A stretch of 64,000 bases of DNA, taken from positions 1,536,001 through 1,600,000 of the forward strand of contig CAXXWC010000021.1 in NCBI GenBank assembly GCA_963668645.2, given 5' to 3'. The notes under the pieces were generated by a model, which made no database searches, was not told the DNA's origin, and worked only from the letters and a program-made list of their open reading frames with translations. Source of the stretch: Desulfobacterales bacterium (GTDB taxonomy: Bacteria > Desulfobacterota > Desulfobacteria > Desulfobacterales > UBA2174). Positions 17,559 through 28,747 of the stretch are shown in pieces. The stretch's first letter is position 1, and the number at the start of each line of letters is the position of its first letter. Made by a program: the position numbers and the translations under genes.

Positions 17559-18443
17559 ATGCAAGAAACCGACTTTGGACCCGTCCGTTTCATCCCCGGC
17601 CCCAACCGGGGTAACTCCCCCCACTGTCACTCGATCTACATCGAGGGTGCCAAGATCCTGATCGACCCGTCCGCCGATCGCGAGCGGCTCGCGCGGCTGC
17701 GCCGCAGCGAAGGGGTGCAAGAGGTCTGGCTGAGCCACTGGCATGAAGACCATTTCATGCATCTGGATCTATTCGAAGACCTGCCCGTTCGCATCCATCC
17801 GGCCGACGCCTCCCCCCTGGCGAGCCTGGATGCCTTCCTGGATGCTTACGGCATCGAGGCACCGGCTTTTCGCGAGCAATTCAGACGATGGCTGACCGAA
17901 ATATTCCACTTTAAGCCCCGGCACCTGCAAACCGATCTGGTGGGAGGGTTGAAGCTGAATCTTTCCTCCGTCACTGTGGACGTGATTCATACCCCGGGAC
18001 ACACCCCTGGACACCTCTGCTTTTTCTTCAGGGAACCGGGGATTCTGTTTCTGGGCGACTACGATCTGACCCCCTTCGGCCCCTGGTACGGAGATCTGCA
18101 CTCAAGCATCGAGGAGACCTTGGCGAGTATCGCACGCTTGCGCCGCATAGAGGCACGCACTTGGCTTGCCAGCCACGAAACCGGGATTTTCCGCCAGGCC
18201 CCGGATGCCCTCTGGGATGCGTATCTGGCGGTCATCGACCGGCGCCAGCAGAAACTGCAGCAATATCTGGTCGAACCACGCCGCTTCGAAGAGATCGTCG
18301 CTCAATGGATTGTCTATTGGAAGCCGCGCGAGCCCATCGATTTGTATCGATGGGCCGAAGGGGCCATGGTTAAAAAACATCTTGAATGGATGATGGCGGC
18401 CGGAACCGTCACCGAGAAAGACGGCCGTTACGCATTGGCTTGA
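17559..18443 (+). CDS. MBL-fold metallo-hydrolase
   Basis: LSHWHEDH (HxHxDH), HTPGHTPGH, LFLGD, ASHE; GAGGAG RBS. Confidence 0.88.
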   Translation: MQETDFGPVRFIPGPNRGNSPHCHSIYIEGAKILIDPSADRERLARLRRSEGVQEVWLSHWHEDHFMHLDLFEDLPVRIHPADASPLASLDAFLDAYGIEAPAFREQFRRWLTEIFHFKPRHLQTDLVGGLKLNLSSVTVDVIHTPGHTPGHLCFFFREPGILFLGDYDLTPFGPWYGDLHSSIEETLASIARLRRIEARTWLASHETGIFRQAPDALWDAYLAVIDRRQQKLQQYLVEPRRFEEIVAQWIVYWKPREPIDLYRWAEGAMVKKHLEWMMAAGTVTEKDGRYALA

Positions 18444-18559
18444 ATCAGGACCACCTGGACCGGGCTGCACGAGACCATATCCTATTGACAATTTTATTGG
18501 TATATTATCAAATCTCAAATCCATTGAGCCGTTGTTTTTTTCAAGCCGGGGAGCCTGCT

Positions 18560-20212
18560 ATGAAGCGCATCTTTGCGATCCCGCTCATCCTCCTGTTTGC
18601 CCAGATCGGCGCCTGCCCGATCCTGGCCGCAGCTGTGCCGTCCAATATCCAGGCGGTGACCGTTTTCAACGACCGGGCCCGGGTGATACGCAGCGCCAAG
18701 ACCGCCGTAAACGCCGGATTGAACGAAATCCGAATTCAGACCACGGCCTTTCGACTCGATCCCGACTCGGTCATGGCCCGGGTCTACGGCAAGGGAGAAC
18801 TGGCCGGCGTCCAATACCGGCAAGTCCCTATCGAGGGACACCCCCTGGAGAAAATCGAAACCCTTAAACAAAAGCTGCGCGATCTGGAACGGCGTCTGGC
18901 TGCGCTCGACGGCGAGAAGACGGTCCTGGACCGGCGCAGAGCCTTTCTCGACAGCTTCATCGAGTTTTCCAAAGTCCAGGTCCCCCGGGAAATCCAGACC
19001 CGCCTGCCAGACGTCCAGGCCCTGGAAAGCACCCTGGCCTTCGTCGAACGCGGCTACAGCGAAGCCAACAGTCAGCAGCAGGACCTGGATCTCAAGATCG
19101 AAACCCGGCGGCGCGAAATCGACTTGGTCCGCCGCGAGCTGGCGGCCCTGGAGAGCCCGGGTGAAAAACAGATCCAGGTCATCGAAATCCTTTTTCAGTC
19201 GCCCATCGCCCAGACCGTTCGCATCGAAGCCGAGTACCAGGTGGCAAACGCCTACTGGCGCCCCCTGTATCGGGCCTCGGTGCCGGAAACCGCCGAAAGC
19301 GTCACCCTGTCCCTCTTTGCCGCCATCTACCAGAAAAGTGGCGAAGACTGGTCCCAGGCCACCCTGACCGTATCCAACGCCCTGCCCCTGTCCGGTGCTC
19401 GGCTCCCCGACCTGGAACCCTGGATCGTGGATATGCCCCGTCCGATGACCAAAAGGATGCCGATGCGGACCTTGGACGCCGTGACCCTGAACGAGGCCCC
19501 GGCCCCCATGGCCGAAGGGCTGACAGCCGGAACTGGCGCCGAAACCACCCAAGCCGCTTTGGCCCAAGCCGAAGCACGCCGCTCGGCCCTGGCCGTTGAA
19601 TACACCCTCGCCCGTCCAGTGACGGTGACATCCCGGGACGAAGAAACCCTGCTGCCGGTTGCAACGCGAATCCTCGAAGGGGAATTTCACCATCTGGCGG
19701 TGCCCAAAATCCGTCCGACCGCCTTTTTGGTATGCCGCAGCACCGCCGACAGCGAGCTTCTGCCCGGTCCGATGCAGGTCTATTTTGCCGGTCAATATCT
19801 CGGCAAGACCCAATTGAGCCAGATGCGCGCCGGCGGCACCTTCGAGCTCAACCTCGGGGCGGACCGGTCCGTCCTGGTACGCCGCGAAAAGGTATCGGAC
19901 AAACGCCGCGAAACGTTCTTCGGCCAAATCGACCGCGACACCGTGGCCCGGGAAATCGCCTACCGCATCACCCTGGAAAACCTTAAAGACCGTCCGGTTA
20001 CGGTCCACCTTCTCGATCATGTGCCCGTGTCGCGAATCGACCGCATCCGCGTCGCGGACCTTGCCTTCGATCCGGCCCCGGACCAGCGCGACGACCAGGG
20101 CCGTGAAGGGGTGATGCGCTGGAAGCGGCGCCTGGCCCCCGGCCAAAAAAAAACGGTGCAAATCCGCTTCAGCGTCGCCTACCCCAAGGAAATCGGGGTG
20201 CCGGACTTTTAA
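18560..20212 (+). CDS. DUF4139/DUF4140 (MuiA-like) exported protein
   Basis: Signal peptide; IQAVTVFNDRARV, coiled coil, AYWRPLY, QKSGEDW, LNLGAD, VHLLDHVPVS. Confidence 0.8.
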   Translation: MKRIFAIPLILLFAQIGACPILAAAVPSNIQAVTVFNDRARVIRSAKTAVNAGLNEIRIQTTAFRLDPDSVMARVYGKGELAGVQYRQVPIEGHPLEKIETLKQKLRDLERRLAALDGEKTVLDRRRAFLDSFIEFSKVQVPREIQTRLPDVQALESTLAFVERGYSEANSQQQDLDLKIETRRREIDLVRRELAALESPGEKQIQVIEILFQSPIAQTVRIEAEYQVANAYWRPLYRASVPETAESVTLSLFAAIYQKSGEDWSQATLTVSNALPLSGARLPDLEPWIVDMPRPMTKRMPMRTLDAVTLNEAPAPMAEGLTAGTGAETTQAALAQAEARRSALAVEYTLARPVTVTSRDEETLLPVATRILEGEFHHLAVPKIRPTAFLVCRSTADSELLPGPMQVYFAGQYLGKTQLSQMRAGGTFELNLGADRSVLVRREKVSDKRRETFFGQIDRDTVAREIAYRITLENLKDRPVTVHLLDHVPVSRIDRIRVADLAFDPAPDQRDDQGREGVMRWKRRLAPGQKKTVQIRFSVAYPKEIGVPDF

Positions 20213-20314
20213 AAAAGCGCTTCGACGGTTTGAAACGATCCCGGGCAGTCGCAGGATGACTGCCCGGGGTGCTTCAGCTCCAAACAATCATATCAATCCA
20301 TCGAGGAGGCCTGA

Positions 20315-23065
20315 GTGGACACGAAATCGGATAAATGGGTCTATCTGTTCGATGAATTCGACCAGGCGCAGGACTATGCCGCCGCCCAGGGGGACACGAT
20401 CAGGGGACTGCTGGGCGGCAAAGGAGCCAACCTGGCCGAAATGGTGCGCATCGGGCTGCCGGTCCCCCCGGGGCTGATCATCACCACCGAAGCCTGTAAC
20501 GCATACCTTGACTCGGGCGGGGCCTTTCCCGAGAAGATGTGGGACCAAGTTCTCGACGCTTTGGTTACCGTGGAAAAGGCCGCCGGCCGCAGTTTCGGCG
20601 ACGCGGACAACCCGTTGCTGGTCTCGTGCCGCTCGGGGGCCAAATTCTCCATGCCCGGAATGATGGACACGGTGCTCAACATCGGGCTCAACGATCAGAC
20701 CGCCCAGGGCATGACCCGGCTCACCGATGACCCGCGCTTCGTCTACGACGCTTACCGCCGTCTGATCCAGATGTTCGGCACGGTGGTGATGGAAATCCCG
20801 GACGAACCGTTCGAGGCTGCGCTCACCGATGCGCGTCGCGCCGCCCGGGTCAAAAGCGACGCCGAACTGAACGCGGTAAACTGGCAGCACGTGGTGGAAC
20901 GCTTCAAGACCATCTACCGGCGTTATACCAACCGCAACTTTCCCGAGGACGCCTATGCCCAGCTCATGATGGCCACCGAGGCGGTCTTTCGCAGCTGGAA
21001 CGGCAAGCGGGCCATCGATTACCGCAACGCCGCCGGCATCGCCCACGATCTTGGCACTGCGGTGAATATCGTTACCATGGTCTTCGGCAACATGGGCAAC
21101 GACAGCGCCACCGGGGTGGCCATGACCCGCAACGGCCGAACCGGTGAAAAACAGATCGAAGGCGACTATCTGATCAACGCCCAGGGCGAAGACGTGGTGG
21201 CCGGGATCCGCATGACCGAAGATATTGCGGGTCTCAAGAAGGCCATGCCGGCCGTCTGGGATCAATTCGAGCAGATCTGCACCCGGCTCGAAACCCATTA
21301 CCGGGAAATGCAGGATGTGGAATTCACCATCGAGCGGGGCAAGCTGTGGATGCTCCAGACCCGCGACGGCAAGCGCACGGCCCAGGCCGCGGTGCGCATC
21401 GCGGTGGAGATGGTCGAAGAGGGGCTGATCTCGCGCGAAGAGGCCGTCATGCGGGTCACCCCGGCCCAGGTGGATTTCTTTCTCCATCCTCAGTTCGACG
21501 GCGAGGCGATCCGGGCCGCAAAGGCCTCGGGCGATTTTCTGGCCTCGGGGCTCAACGTCTCGCCCGGCGCGGCCTGCGGGGTCGTGGCCTTCGACGCGGA
21601 CATCGCAGAGGCCTGGAGCAAGAAAAACGGCAAGGATGTGATCATGGTGCGGCCCGAGACCAAACCGGACGATGTGCACGGGATGCTGGCGGCCCAGGGG
21701 ATCCTGACCACCCGCGGCGGCCGCACGAGCCACGCGGCCCTGGTGGCGCGCCAGTTCGGCAAGCCGGCTGTAGTGGGGGTCGCGGCACTGGAAATCGATC
21801 TGACCAAGCGGCTGATGCGCGTCGGTGAAACGGTGATTCACGAAGGGGACTGGATCAGCATCGACGGATCCAGCGGTGAGGTCTTCAAAGAAAAGCTGCC
21901 CACCATGGTGCCGGATATCCGTGACCCGTGGCTCAAGCGCCTGCTCTCCTGGGCCGACCGCTTCCGACGCCTGGGTGTCTGGGCCAATGCCGACTATCCC
22001 CAGGACGCCCAGCGGGCACTGGACTACGGGGCCCAGGGGATCGGCCTTTGCCGCACCGAGCACATGTTCTTCGAGGCGGACCGGCTGCCCCACGTGCAAA
22101 AGATGATCATGACCGATCTGCCCATCGAACGGCGCGAGGCCCTCAACGCCCTGCTCCCGTACCAAAAGGAAGACTTTGCCGGTCTGTTCCGGGTAATGAA
22201 CGGACTGCCGGTGATCGTACGGCTCATCGATCCGCCCCTGCACGAGTTTTTACCGAGCCGCAGCGAGCTGCTGCGCGAACTGGCCGATCTCAAGATCCGT
22301 ATCCAGCACGCACCCAACCTCAAGCAGATCGACGCCCTGCTCGAACAGGTGCGCCAGAAAGAACAGATTCTCAAACGCGTCGAGAGCCTGCACGAACAAA
22401 ATCCCATGCTCGGATTGCGCGGGGTGCGCCTGGGGATTCATATCCCCGAGCTGACCACCATGCAGGTGCATGCCATTTTCGAAGCGGCCTGCGAAGTCAC
22501 CCTGGAGGGAATCGCGGTCCACCCGGAAATCATGATCCCCCTCACCAGCCATGTGAACGAACTCAAGATCCAGCGCCGGGTGCTCGAAGAAGAGGCCAAA
22601 CGGGTGATGGAGCAGCAGAAGGTCAAAATCGAATACAAGTTCGGCACGATGATCGAAATTCCGCGGGCGGCGGTCACCGCCGGCCAGATCGCCGAATACG
22701 CCGAATTTTTCTCTTTCGGCACCAACGATCTGACCCAGACCACCTACGGGATCTCACGCGACGACGCCGAGGCGGCCTTTCTGATCAAGTACATGGAAGA
22801 AGGGATCCTGCCGGGCAACCCCTTCGACACCATCGACCAAGATGGCGTGGGGGCCCTGATGCGCATCGCCGTGGACCAGGGCCGCCGGGTGCGCGACGGG
22901 CTCGAATGCGGGATCTGCGGCGAGCACGGCGGGGATCCGAAGTCCATCGAGTTCTGCCACCAGATCGGCCTGAGCTATGTGTCCTGCTCGCCGTTCCGGG
23001 TCCCCATCGCCCGTCTGGCCGCGGCCCATGCCGCGATCCGCGAACAGCTCGCCACGGGCAAATAA
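20315..23065 (+). CDS. ppdK: Pyruvate, phosphate dikinase
   Basis: LLGGKGANLAEM, SCRSGAKFSMPGMMDTVLNIG, AQGEDVVAG, GGRTSHAA (phospho-His), GIGLCRTEHMF, FSFGTNDLTQ, GICGEHGG. Confidence 0.97.
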   Translation: MDTKSDKWVYLFDEFDQAQDYAAAQGDTIRGLLGGKGANLAEMVRIGLPVPPGLIITTEACNAYLDSGGAFPEKMWDQVLDALVTVEKAAGRSFGDADNPLLVSCRSGAKFSMPGMMDTVLNIGLNDQTAQGMTRLTDDPRFVYDAYRRLIQMFGTVVMEIPDEPFEAALTDARRAARVKSDAELNAVNWQHVVERFKTIYRRYTNRNFPEDAYAQLMMATEAVFRSWNGKRAIDYRNAAGIAHDLGTAVNIVTMVFGNMGNDSATGVAMTRNGRTGEKQIEGDYLINAQGEDVVAGIRMTEDIAGLKKAMPAVWDQFEQICTRLETHYREMQDVEFTIERGKLWMLQTRDGKRTAQAAVRIAVEMVEEGLISREEAVMRVTPAQVDFFLHPQFDGEAIRAAKASGDFLASGLNVSPGAACGVVAFDADIAEAWSKKNGKDVIMVRPETKPDDVHGMLAAQGILTTRGGRTSHAALVARQFGKPAVVGVAALEIDLTKRLMRVGETVIHEGDWISIDGSSGEVFKEKLPTMVPDIRDPWLKRLLSWADRFRRLGVWANADYPQDAQRALDYGAQGIGLCRTEHMFFEADRLPHVQKMIMTDLPIERREALNALLPYQKEDFAGLFRVMNGLPVIVRLIDPPLHEFLPSRSELLRELADLKIRIQHAPNLKQIDALLEQVRQKEQILKRVESLHEQNPMLGLRGVRLGIHIPELTTMQVHAIFEAACEVTLEGIAVHPEIMIPLTSHVNELKIQRRVLEEEAKRVMEQQKVKIEYKFGTMIEIPRAAVTAGQIAEYAEFFSFGTNDLTQTTYGISRDDAEAAFLIKYMEEGILPGNPFDTIDQDGVGALMRIAVDQGRRVRDGLECGICGEHGGDPKSIEFCHQIGLSYVSCSPFRVPIARLAAAHAAIREQLATGK

Positions 23066-23088
23066 GATCAGCGAAGATACCCGGACGC

Positions 23089-23127
23089 AAAAAAAGAGCC
23101 GAGGGGAGTGCGCTCCCCTCGGCTCTT
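23089..23127. terminator. Terminator between convergent ppdK and ahcY
   Basis: AAGAGCCGAGGGGAG-TGCG-CTCCCCTCGGCTCTT with a 5' A run (U-tract on the minus strand). Confidence 0.8.
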
Positions 23128-23158
23128 GGTGAATAGACCGTCTGAATTGTCGCCAAGA

Positions 23159-24577
23159 TCAGTAGCGGTAATGTTCCGGTTTGTAGGGGCCGTCCGGCGG
23201 CACACCGATATAATCGGCCTGGGACTGGGTCATGCGCGTCAGCCGGGCCCCCAGATGCGCCAAGTGCAGCCGGGCCACCTCCTCGTCAAGCCGCTTGCCC
23301 AGACGGTAGACCCCCACGGCCCGCTCCCGGTTGCGCCACAGGTCGATCTGGGCCAGGGTCTGGTTGGTGAACGAACTGCTCATCACGAAGCTCGGATGCC
23401 CCGTGGCGCAGCCCAGGTTGACCAGCCTTCCTTCGGCCAGAAGATAGATCGCGTGCCCGTCGGCAAAGGTGAACCGGTGCACCGGGCACTCGGCCCCCTT
23501 GATCTGCTCGACCCGGACCCCGGGCCAGGCCCGCAGTCTGCCCACCTGGATCTCGTTGTCGAAATGGCCGATGTTGCACACGATGGCCTGGTCCTTCATC
23601 TTGGCCATGTGCTCGGCGCGAATCACGTCGCAGTTGCCCGTGGTGGTCACATAGATGTCGGCCAGCGGCAGGGCGTCTTCCACCGTGCAGACCTTGAACC
23701 CGGCCATGCAGGCCTGCAGGGCGCAGATCGGGTCCACTTCGCTGACCAGCACCCGGGCCCGCTCGTTGCGCATGGCCTCGGCGCTGCCCTTGCCCACGTC
23801 CCCGTAGCCGCAGATCATCACCGTCTTGCCTGAAATGAGCACGTCCATGGCCCGCTTGATCCCGTCGGTGAGCGAGTGGCGGCACCCGTAGATGTTGTCG
23901 AACTTGGACTTGGTCACCGAGTCGTTGACGTTGATGGCCGGCACGAGCAGCTCGCCGCGCTCCATCATCTGGTAGAGCCGGTGCACCCCGGTGGTGGTCT
24001 CCTCCGAGACCCCCTTCCACCCGGCCACGTGGCGCTGCCAGAAGGCGGGATCTTCTTGCTGCAAATCCTTGAGCAGGCCGTTGATGATGGAAAGCTCCGG
24101 GTTGTCGGTGGGTACATCCAGGATCGCCGGGTCCTTTTCGGCGGAGTAGCCCCGGTGCATCAGCAAGGTGGCGTCCCCGCCGTCGTCCACGATCAGCTGG
24201 GGGCCGCTGCCGTCGGGCCAGGTCATGGCCTTGAGGGTGCACCACCAGTAGTCTTGCAGGGTTTCACCCTTCCAGGCGTAGACCGGAATGTTCCGGGCCG
24301 CGATGGCCGCGGCGGCCTGGTCCTGGGTGGAAAAGATGTTGCATGAGGCCCAGCGTACGCTGGCGCCCAGTTCGACCAGGGTTTCGATGAGCACCGCGGT
24401 CTGGATCGTCATGTGCAAACTGCCCATGACGCGCACCCCGGCCAGGGGTTTTTGCGGTCCGTACTTGGCCCGGGTGGCCATCAGGCCGGGCATTTCCTTT
24501 TCGGCAATCTCTATCTCCCGGCGGCCGGCCTCGGCCAGGGTGATGTCGGCGACCTTGTAGTCGGGCATGCGGGTCAT
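23159..24577 (-). CDS. ahcY: Adenosylhomocysteinase (SAH hydrolase)
   Basis: [80 protein letters not shown]. Start ATG 24577 behind AAGGA. Confidence 0.97.
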   Translation of the reverse strand: MTRMPDYKVADITLAEAGRREIEIAEKEMPGLMATRAKYGPQKPLAGVRVMGSLHMTIQTAVLIETLVELGASVRWASCNIFSTQDQAAAAIAARNIPVYAWKGETLQDYWWCTLKAMTWPDGSGPQLIVDDGGDATLLMHRGYSAEKDPAILDVPTDNPELSIINGLLKDLQQEDPAFWQRHVAGWKGVSEETTTGVHRLYQMMERGELLVPAINVNDSVTKSKFDNIYGCRHSLTDGIKRAMDVLISGKTVMICGYGDVGKGSAEAMRNERARVLVSEVDPICALQACMAGFKVCTVEDALPLADIYVTTTGNCDVIRAEHMAKMKDQAIVCNIGHFDNEIQVGRLRAWPGVRVEQIKGAECPVHRFTFADGHAIYLLAEGRLVNLGCATGHPSFVMSSSFTNQTLAQIDLWRNRERAVGVYRLGKRLDEEVARLHLAHLGARLTRMTQSQADYIGVPPDGPYKPEHYRY

Positions 24578-24670
24578 GGTCTTTGTCCTTGATGGCGGTG
24601 GAATCGTCAAATGTGATGCCCGGCACTGTCGCAAACGCCGGGCATTTAAAGGCTTCAAGTTAGCGAGCCA

Positions 24671-24699
24671 AAACTAAGGAATCCATCCCGGCTTGTCAA
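24671..24699 (-). promoter_or_regulatory. sigma-70 promoter for ahcY
   Basis: Minus-strand TTGACA, 17 nt, TAGTTT. Confidence 0.5.
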
Positions 24700-24806
24700 C
24701 CTTGCCGCCGCTTGCCCGGCAAGCCTCTGGGCATCCAACCGGTTGACAGGGCATACAACTGCTTTATTTTAAAAAGATTTTAATAAAACCAAACTGTTTC
24801 ACAGGC

Positions 24807-24835
24807 TTGACAGCGAGATGAATCTTGCCTATAAA
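24807..24835 (+). promoter_or_regulatory. sigma-70 promoter for the ABC/Gld-like operon
   Basis: TTGACA, 17 nt, TATAAA. Confidence 0.6.
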
Positions 24836-24920
24836 ACCCGTTTTTCAGCCCTGCGTGAAATCAGGGCAATTGAACGGTATGTGCGGGAGCACGTTCACAA
24901 CGCTTCGCAAGGATGGCAAC

Positions 24921-25856
24921 ATGATCCAGGTCGACAACCTGACCAAGTATTACGGCGCCTTTTGCGCCGTCAACCAGATCAATTTCAACATCACCCGGGG
25001 TGAGATTCTCGGGCTTCTCGGGCCCAACGGCGCCGGCAAGACCACTACCCTGCGCATGCTCACCGGCTTTCTCAAGCCTTCGGCAGGAACCATCCGGGTC
25101 GGCGAGATGGACATCGCCAGCCACACCCTTGAGGTCAAGCGTTTGATGGGCTACCTGCCTGAATCGGCGCCGCTGTACCAGGATATGCTGGTCTTCGACT
25201 ACCTGCGTTATGTGGCCGATGTCAGGGGATTGGGGCCCGCCGCAGGCACCGAACGCATAAAACGCCTGGCCGAATTGTGCCAGATCGGCAGCGTGATGCA
25301 CCGGCCCATCGGGATCCTTTCAAAGGGTTATAAGCAGCGTGTGGGACTGGCCCACGCCATGATGAGCGATCCGGAAATTCTTATTCTGGACGAACCCACC
25401 AGCGGCCTGGATCCCAACCAGATCGTCGAAATCCGGGACATTATCCGGGAAATCGGCCGCCAGAAGACCGTGATCCTCTCTACCCACATCCTGCCCGAGG
25501 CCGAGGCCACCTGCGACCGGATACTGATCATCCACCAGGGGCACATCGCCGCCGATGGCAGCACGGAGCAGATCAAACGCTCGGCGGCCGGCGAATACGT
25601 GGTCAACCTGGCCCTGAGCGACGCGCCGCCCGATGAGGTTCAAAAACGCCTCGGGGCCGTCGCCGGCGTCAGCAGCGTGCAGACCAGCCAGGAAGCCGGC
25701 GGCTTGGTGCGGGCGATGCTGGCCTGCAGCAGCGACACGGACCTGCGCCCGGAGATATATCGGACCGTCAAAGCCACCGACTGGACTCTGATGGAGCTCA
25801 GCCAGGAGACCCAAACCTTGGAGTCCATCTTTCGCAAACTGACCCGGGAGAACTGA
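24921..25856 (+). CDS. ABC transporter ATP-binding protein (GldA-like)
   Basis: Walker A GPNGAGKTT, signature LSKGYKQRVGLA, Walker B ILILDEPTSGLDP, STH switch. Confidence 0.9.
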   Translation: MIQVDNLTKYYGAFCAVNQINFNITRGEILGLLGPNGAGKTTTLRMLTGFLKPSAGTIRVGEMDIASHTLEVKRLMGYLPESAPLYQDMLVFDYLRYVADVRGLGPAAGTERIKRLAELCQIGSVMHRPIGILSKGYKQRVGLAHAMMSDPEILILDEPTSGLDPNQIVEIRDIIREIGRQKTVILSTHILPEAEATCDRILIIHQGHIAADGSTEQIKRSAAGEYVVNLALSDAPPDEVQKRLGAVAGVSSVQTSQEAGGLVRAMLACSSDTDLRPEIYRTVKATDWTLMELSQETQTLESIFRKLTREN

Positions 25857-25860
25857 AGCG

Positions 25861-26565
25861 ATGCGCCAAGCGTGGTTCATTTTCATTAGAGAGTTCAAGG
25901 CATACTTCGTTTCACCGGTGGCCTACATCGTCATCAGCCTCTTTTTGCTGGCCACCGGTTGGTTTTTCTTTACCACCTTCTTTATTTTCAACCAGGCGGA
26001 TCTGCGCAACTTTTTCGCCATGCTGCCGCAGATCTTCTCCTTTGTGGTACCGGCCATCACCATGCGGTTGCTGGCCGAGGAGCTCAATATCGGATCCTAC
26101 GAAACCCTGCTCACCTTGCCGGTGACCACCGGGCAGGTGATCTTGGGCAAGTTTCTGGCCGCCACGGCCTTCGTGGCCGCCATGCTTGCCCCGACCCTGG
26201 CCTACCCGGCCACCATCTCCCTGATCGGCCACCTCGATTGGGGGCCGGTGATCGGCGGCTACGCCGGGGCGATGCTCCTCGGGTCAGCCTTTGCCGCCAT
26301 CGGGCTTTTCGCCTCTTCGCTGACCCGCAGCCAGATCGTGGCCTTTATCGTCGGTCTGGCCATCTGCTTCGCCTTGAGCCTGGTGGGCCGCATCCTTTTG
26401 CTGCTGCCGGAACAAATCGTCGGCCTGCTCCAATACATCGGAACCGATTTTCACTTTCAGAACATCGCCAAAGGGGTGGTGGACACCCGTGACCTGATCT
26501 ATTTTGCCAGCCTGGTGTTCATCGGGCTCTATGCCACCCACCTGAGCATTCACGAGAAGAAATAG
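25861..26565 (+). CDS. ABC-2 permease (GldF-like)
   Basis: REFKAYFVSPVAY, PAITMRLLAEE..G.YE.LLTLPV, LGKFLA, SSLTRSQIVA; six TM helices. Confidence 0.88.
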   Translation: MRQAWFIFIREFKAYFVSPVAYIVISLFLLATGWFFFTTFFIFNQADLRNFFAMLPQIFSFVVPAITMRLLAEELNIGSYETLLTLPVTTGQVILGKFLAATAFVAAMLAPTLAYPATISLIGHLDWGPVIGGYAGAMLLGSAFAAIGLFASSLTRSQIVAFIVGLAICFALSLVGRILLLLPEQIVGLLQYIGTDFHFQNIAKGVVDTRDLIYFASLVFIGLYATHLSIHEKK

Positions 26566-26575
26566 GGAGCCTTCG

Positions 26576-28747
26576 ATGTCCCGCTGGAACGGTGCAACCT
26601 ACTTTAAATTCTTCGTCTACCTGATCGTCGTGGTCTTGATAAACCTCGCCGGGCTGACCCTCTTCGCCCGCTTCGATCTGACCCGCAACCGGCTCTTCAG
26701 CCTCTCTGACGCCAGCCGCCATGTGGTCGGGGCATTGAGCGAACCGCTGACCATCAATGTCTTTTTCACCCGCAATCTGCCGGCACCACACAACGGCACC
26801 GAGCGCTACCTGCATGACCTGCTGGCCGAGTATGCCCGCCATGCCGGGCGGTACTTCAACTACCGCTTTTACGACGTGAGCCCCGACGAGGGTGATACTA
26901 CGGCTCTGGCCGAGGAAAACCGCCGCCTGGCCCGCAACTACGGGATCCAACCGGTGCAAATCCAGGCCATCGACAAAGACGAGGTCAAGTTCCAGAAGGC
27001 CTACATGGGGATGGTCTTGATCCACGGCGACGTCATCGAACGGCTGCAGGCCATCACCACCACCGATGGACTCGAGTACCGCATTACCACCGCCATCCAG
27101 AAGATGACCCGCAAGATCAGCGCCCTGCTGGCCATCGAGGACAAGATCCAGGTCCAGCTCTACCTGTCGTCCAGCCTCGGCACGGTAGCCCCCCTGATGG
27201 GGCTGAATGGATTGACCGACTTGCCCCGGACTCTCGAAGAGGTCGTCAAGCGGGTCAATAGCCGGCACTACCAGAAACTGGCCTTCGAACGCATCGATCC
27301 ACCTGCCGGAAAGGACATGGCTGCCCTGGGCCGGGAGCTGGACATCCTCACCTTGAAATGGCCGGCCGTGCCCAAACACCAGATCGACCCCGGCACCGGC
27401 AGCGTCGGCCTGGTGCTGCGCCACGCCGGCAAGCATATCAGCCTGCCGGTGGTTCAGGTGATCCAGATGCCGATTTTCGGCACCCAATACCAGATGACCC
27501 CGGAGGCCGGTCTGGAGTCCATGCTGGAAGACGGCATCGAAGCCCTGCTGGATATCAACGAGGATATCGGGGTGTTGGCCGGACACGGCACTTTGAACCT
27601 GAGCGGTCCGCCGTCCCGGGGCCCCATGGGACAGATCCAGGAAGAGCCCTTGGAGATCTTCCGTGGCCTGCTGACCCAGAACTACACCATCAAGCCGGTG
27701 GACGCGGCCGAAACGCCCATCGGGCCGGGGGTCAAGAGCCTGCTGATCCTGCGGCCCAGCCAGCCTCTCAGTGACTGGGCCCTTTACCAGATCAATCAGT
27801 TTCTCATGCGCGGAGGCGATCTTTTCGTGGTCATGGATCCGTTCAAGGAGCAGGCCCTGCCCGGCCGCCCGCCGATCTACCAGCCGGTGCAAAGCGGTCT
27901 GGAAAAGCTTTTGAACCACTGGGGGGTAAAGATCAAGCCGGCCTACGTGATGGATAAAAAGGCCTACCATCAACGGATGCCCCAGGAAATGGGGGGAGGC
28001 GAACAGACCCTCTATTTCGCCCCCTTGATCGAAAATCAGAATATCAACAACCATCTTCCCTTGATGCACAACATCCGCGGCCTGGTGGCCCTGCGCATCG
28101 CGCCGCTGGAACTGGACAGTGAACGGCTGAAGGCCACCGGGGTGACCGGAGAAGTCCTCTTCAGCTCATCGAAACACTCCTGGTTGATGCAAGAACCAAT
28201 CAACCTCAATCCCATGTTCGCCAACGCCCCACCCGAAACCGAGATGGGCGGCCCCTATCCCCTGGCCCTGCTTCTGGAAGGGGCTTTCCCGAGTTACTTC
28301 GAGGGCAAACCGATTCCGGTCAAGAAAAAAGCCGAAGATGCGGCAGAAAATCCGAAAACCGCACCCGACACGGCGGAAAAGGGACCGGAACTGGCCGGCA
28401 CCCCGGAAACGGGCGTCTTCATGGCCAAGGGACGCCCGGCGCGCATCTTCGTGATGGCCAGCGGCGAGATGCTTACCGACAAGATTCTCGATTCCGAAGG
28501 GCGCACCCCCAACAGTATTTTTATCCTTAATGCCGTCGACTATCTCAACCACCGCGAGGAACTGGCCCGCATGCGCAGCAAGGAGCAGCGTTTCAACCCC
28601 CTCGACCCGGTAAAGCCGGAAGCCAAGGCCCTGATCAAGGCGGTGCATATCCTGGGCCTGCCGCTGATGGTGATCGGTTTGGGGCTGCTGGTCTGGCTGG
28701 GCCGTGTCCGGCGGCAACGGCGCATCCAGAAGATGTTCGCGCAATGA
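26576..28747 (+). CDS. GldG / ABC_transp_aux family protein
   Basis: N- and C-terminal TM helices; RFDLTRNRLFSLS, LEYRITTAI, AGHG, QFLMRGG, NAVDYL. Confidence 0.82.
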   Translation: MSRWNGATYFKFFVYLIVVVLINLAGLTLFARFDLTRNRLFSLSDASRHVVGALSEPLTINVFFTRNLPAPHNGTERYLHDLLAEYARHAGRYFNYRFYDVSPDEGDTTALAEENRRLARNYGIQPVQIQAIDKDEVKFQKAYMGMVLIHGDVIERLQAITTTDGLEYRITTAIQKMTRKISALLAIEDKIQVQLYLSSSLGTVAPLMGLNGLTDLPRTLEEVVKRVNSRHYQKLAFERIDPPAGKDMAALGRELDILTLKWPAVPKHQIDPGTGSVGLVLRHAGKHISLPVVQVIQMPIFGTQYQMTPEAGLESMLEDGIEALLDINEDIGVLAGHGTLNLSGPPSRGPMGQIQEEPLEIFRGLLTQNYTIKPVDAAETPIGPGVKSLLILRPSQPLSDWALYQINQFLMRGGDLFVVMDPFKEQALPGRPPIYQPVQSGLEKLLNHWGVKIKPAYVMDKKAYHQRMPQEMGGGEQTLYFAPLIENQNINNHLPLMHNIRGLVALRIAPLELDSERLKATGVTGEVLFSSSKHSWLMQEPINLNPMFANAPPETEMGGPYPLALLLEGAFPSYFEGKPIPVKKKAEDAAENPKTAPDTAEKGPELAGTPETGVFMAKGRPARIFVMASGEMLTDKILDSEGRTPNSIFILNAVDYLNHREELARMRSKEQRFNPLDPVKPEAKALIKAVHILGLPLMVIGLGLLVWLGRVRRQRRIQKMFAQ

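Noticed and set aside
20240..20268. Strong hairpin CCCGGGCAGTC/GACTGCCCGGG before ppdK
   Set aside because: Single copy with no U-tract; most simply a terminator-like or mRNA-stabilising stem, so it was not called.
24578..24700. SAH or SAM riboswitch upstream of ahcY
   Set aside because: I could not identify the conserved cores by eye; an Rfam scan would settle it.
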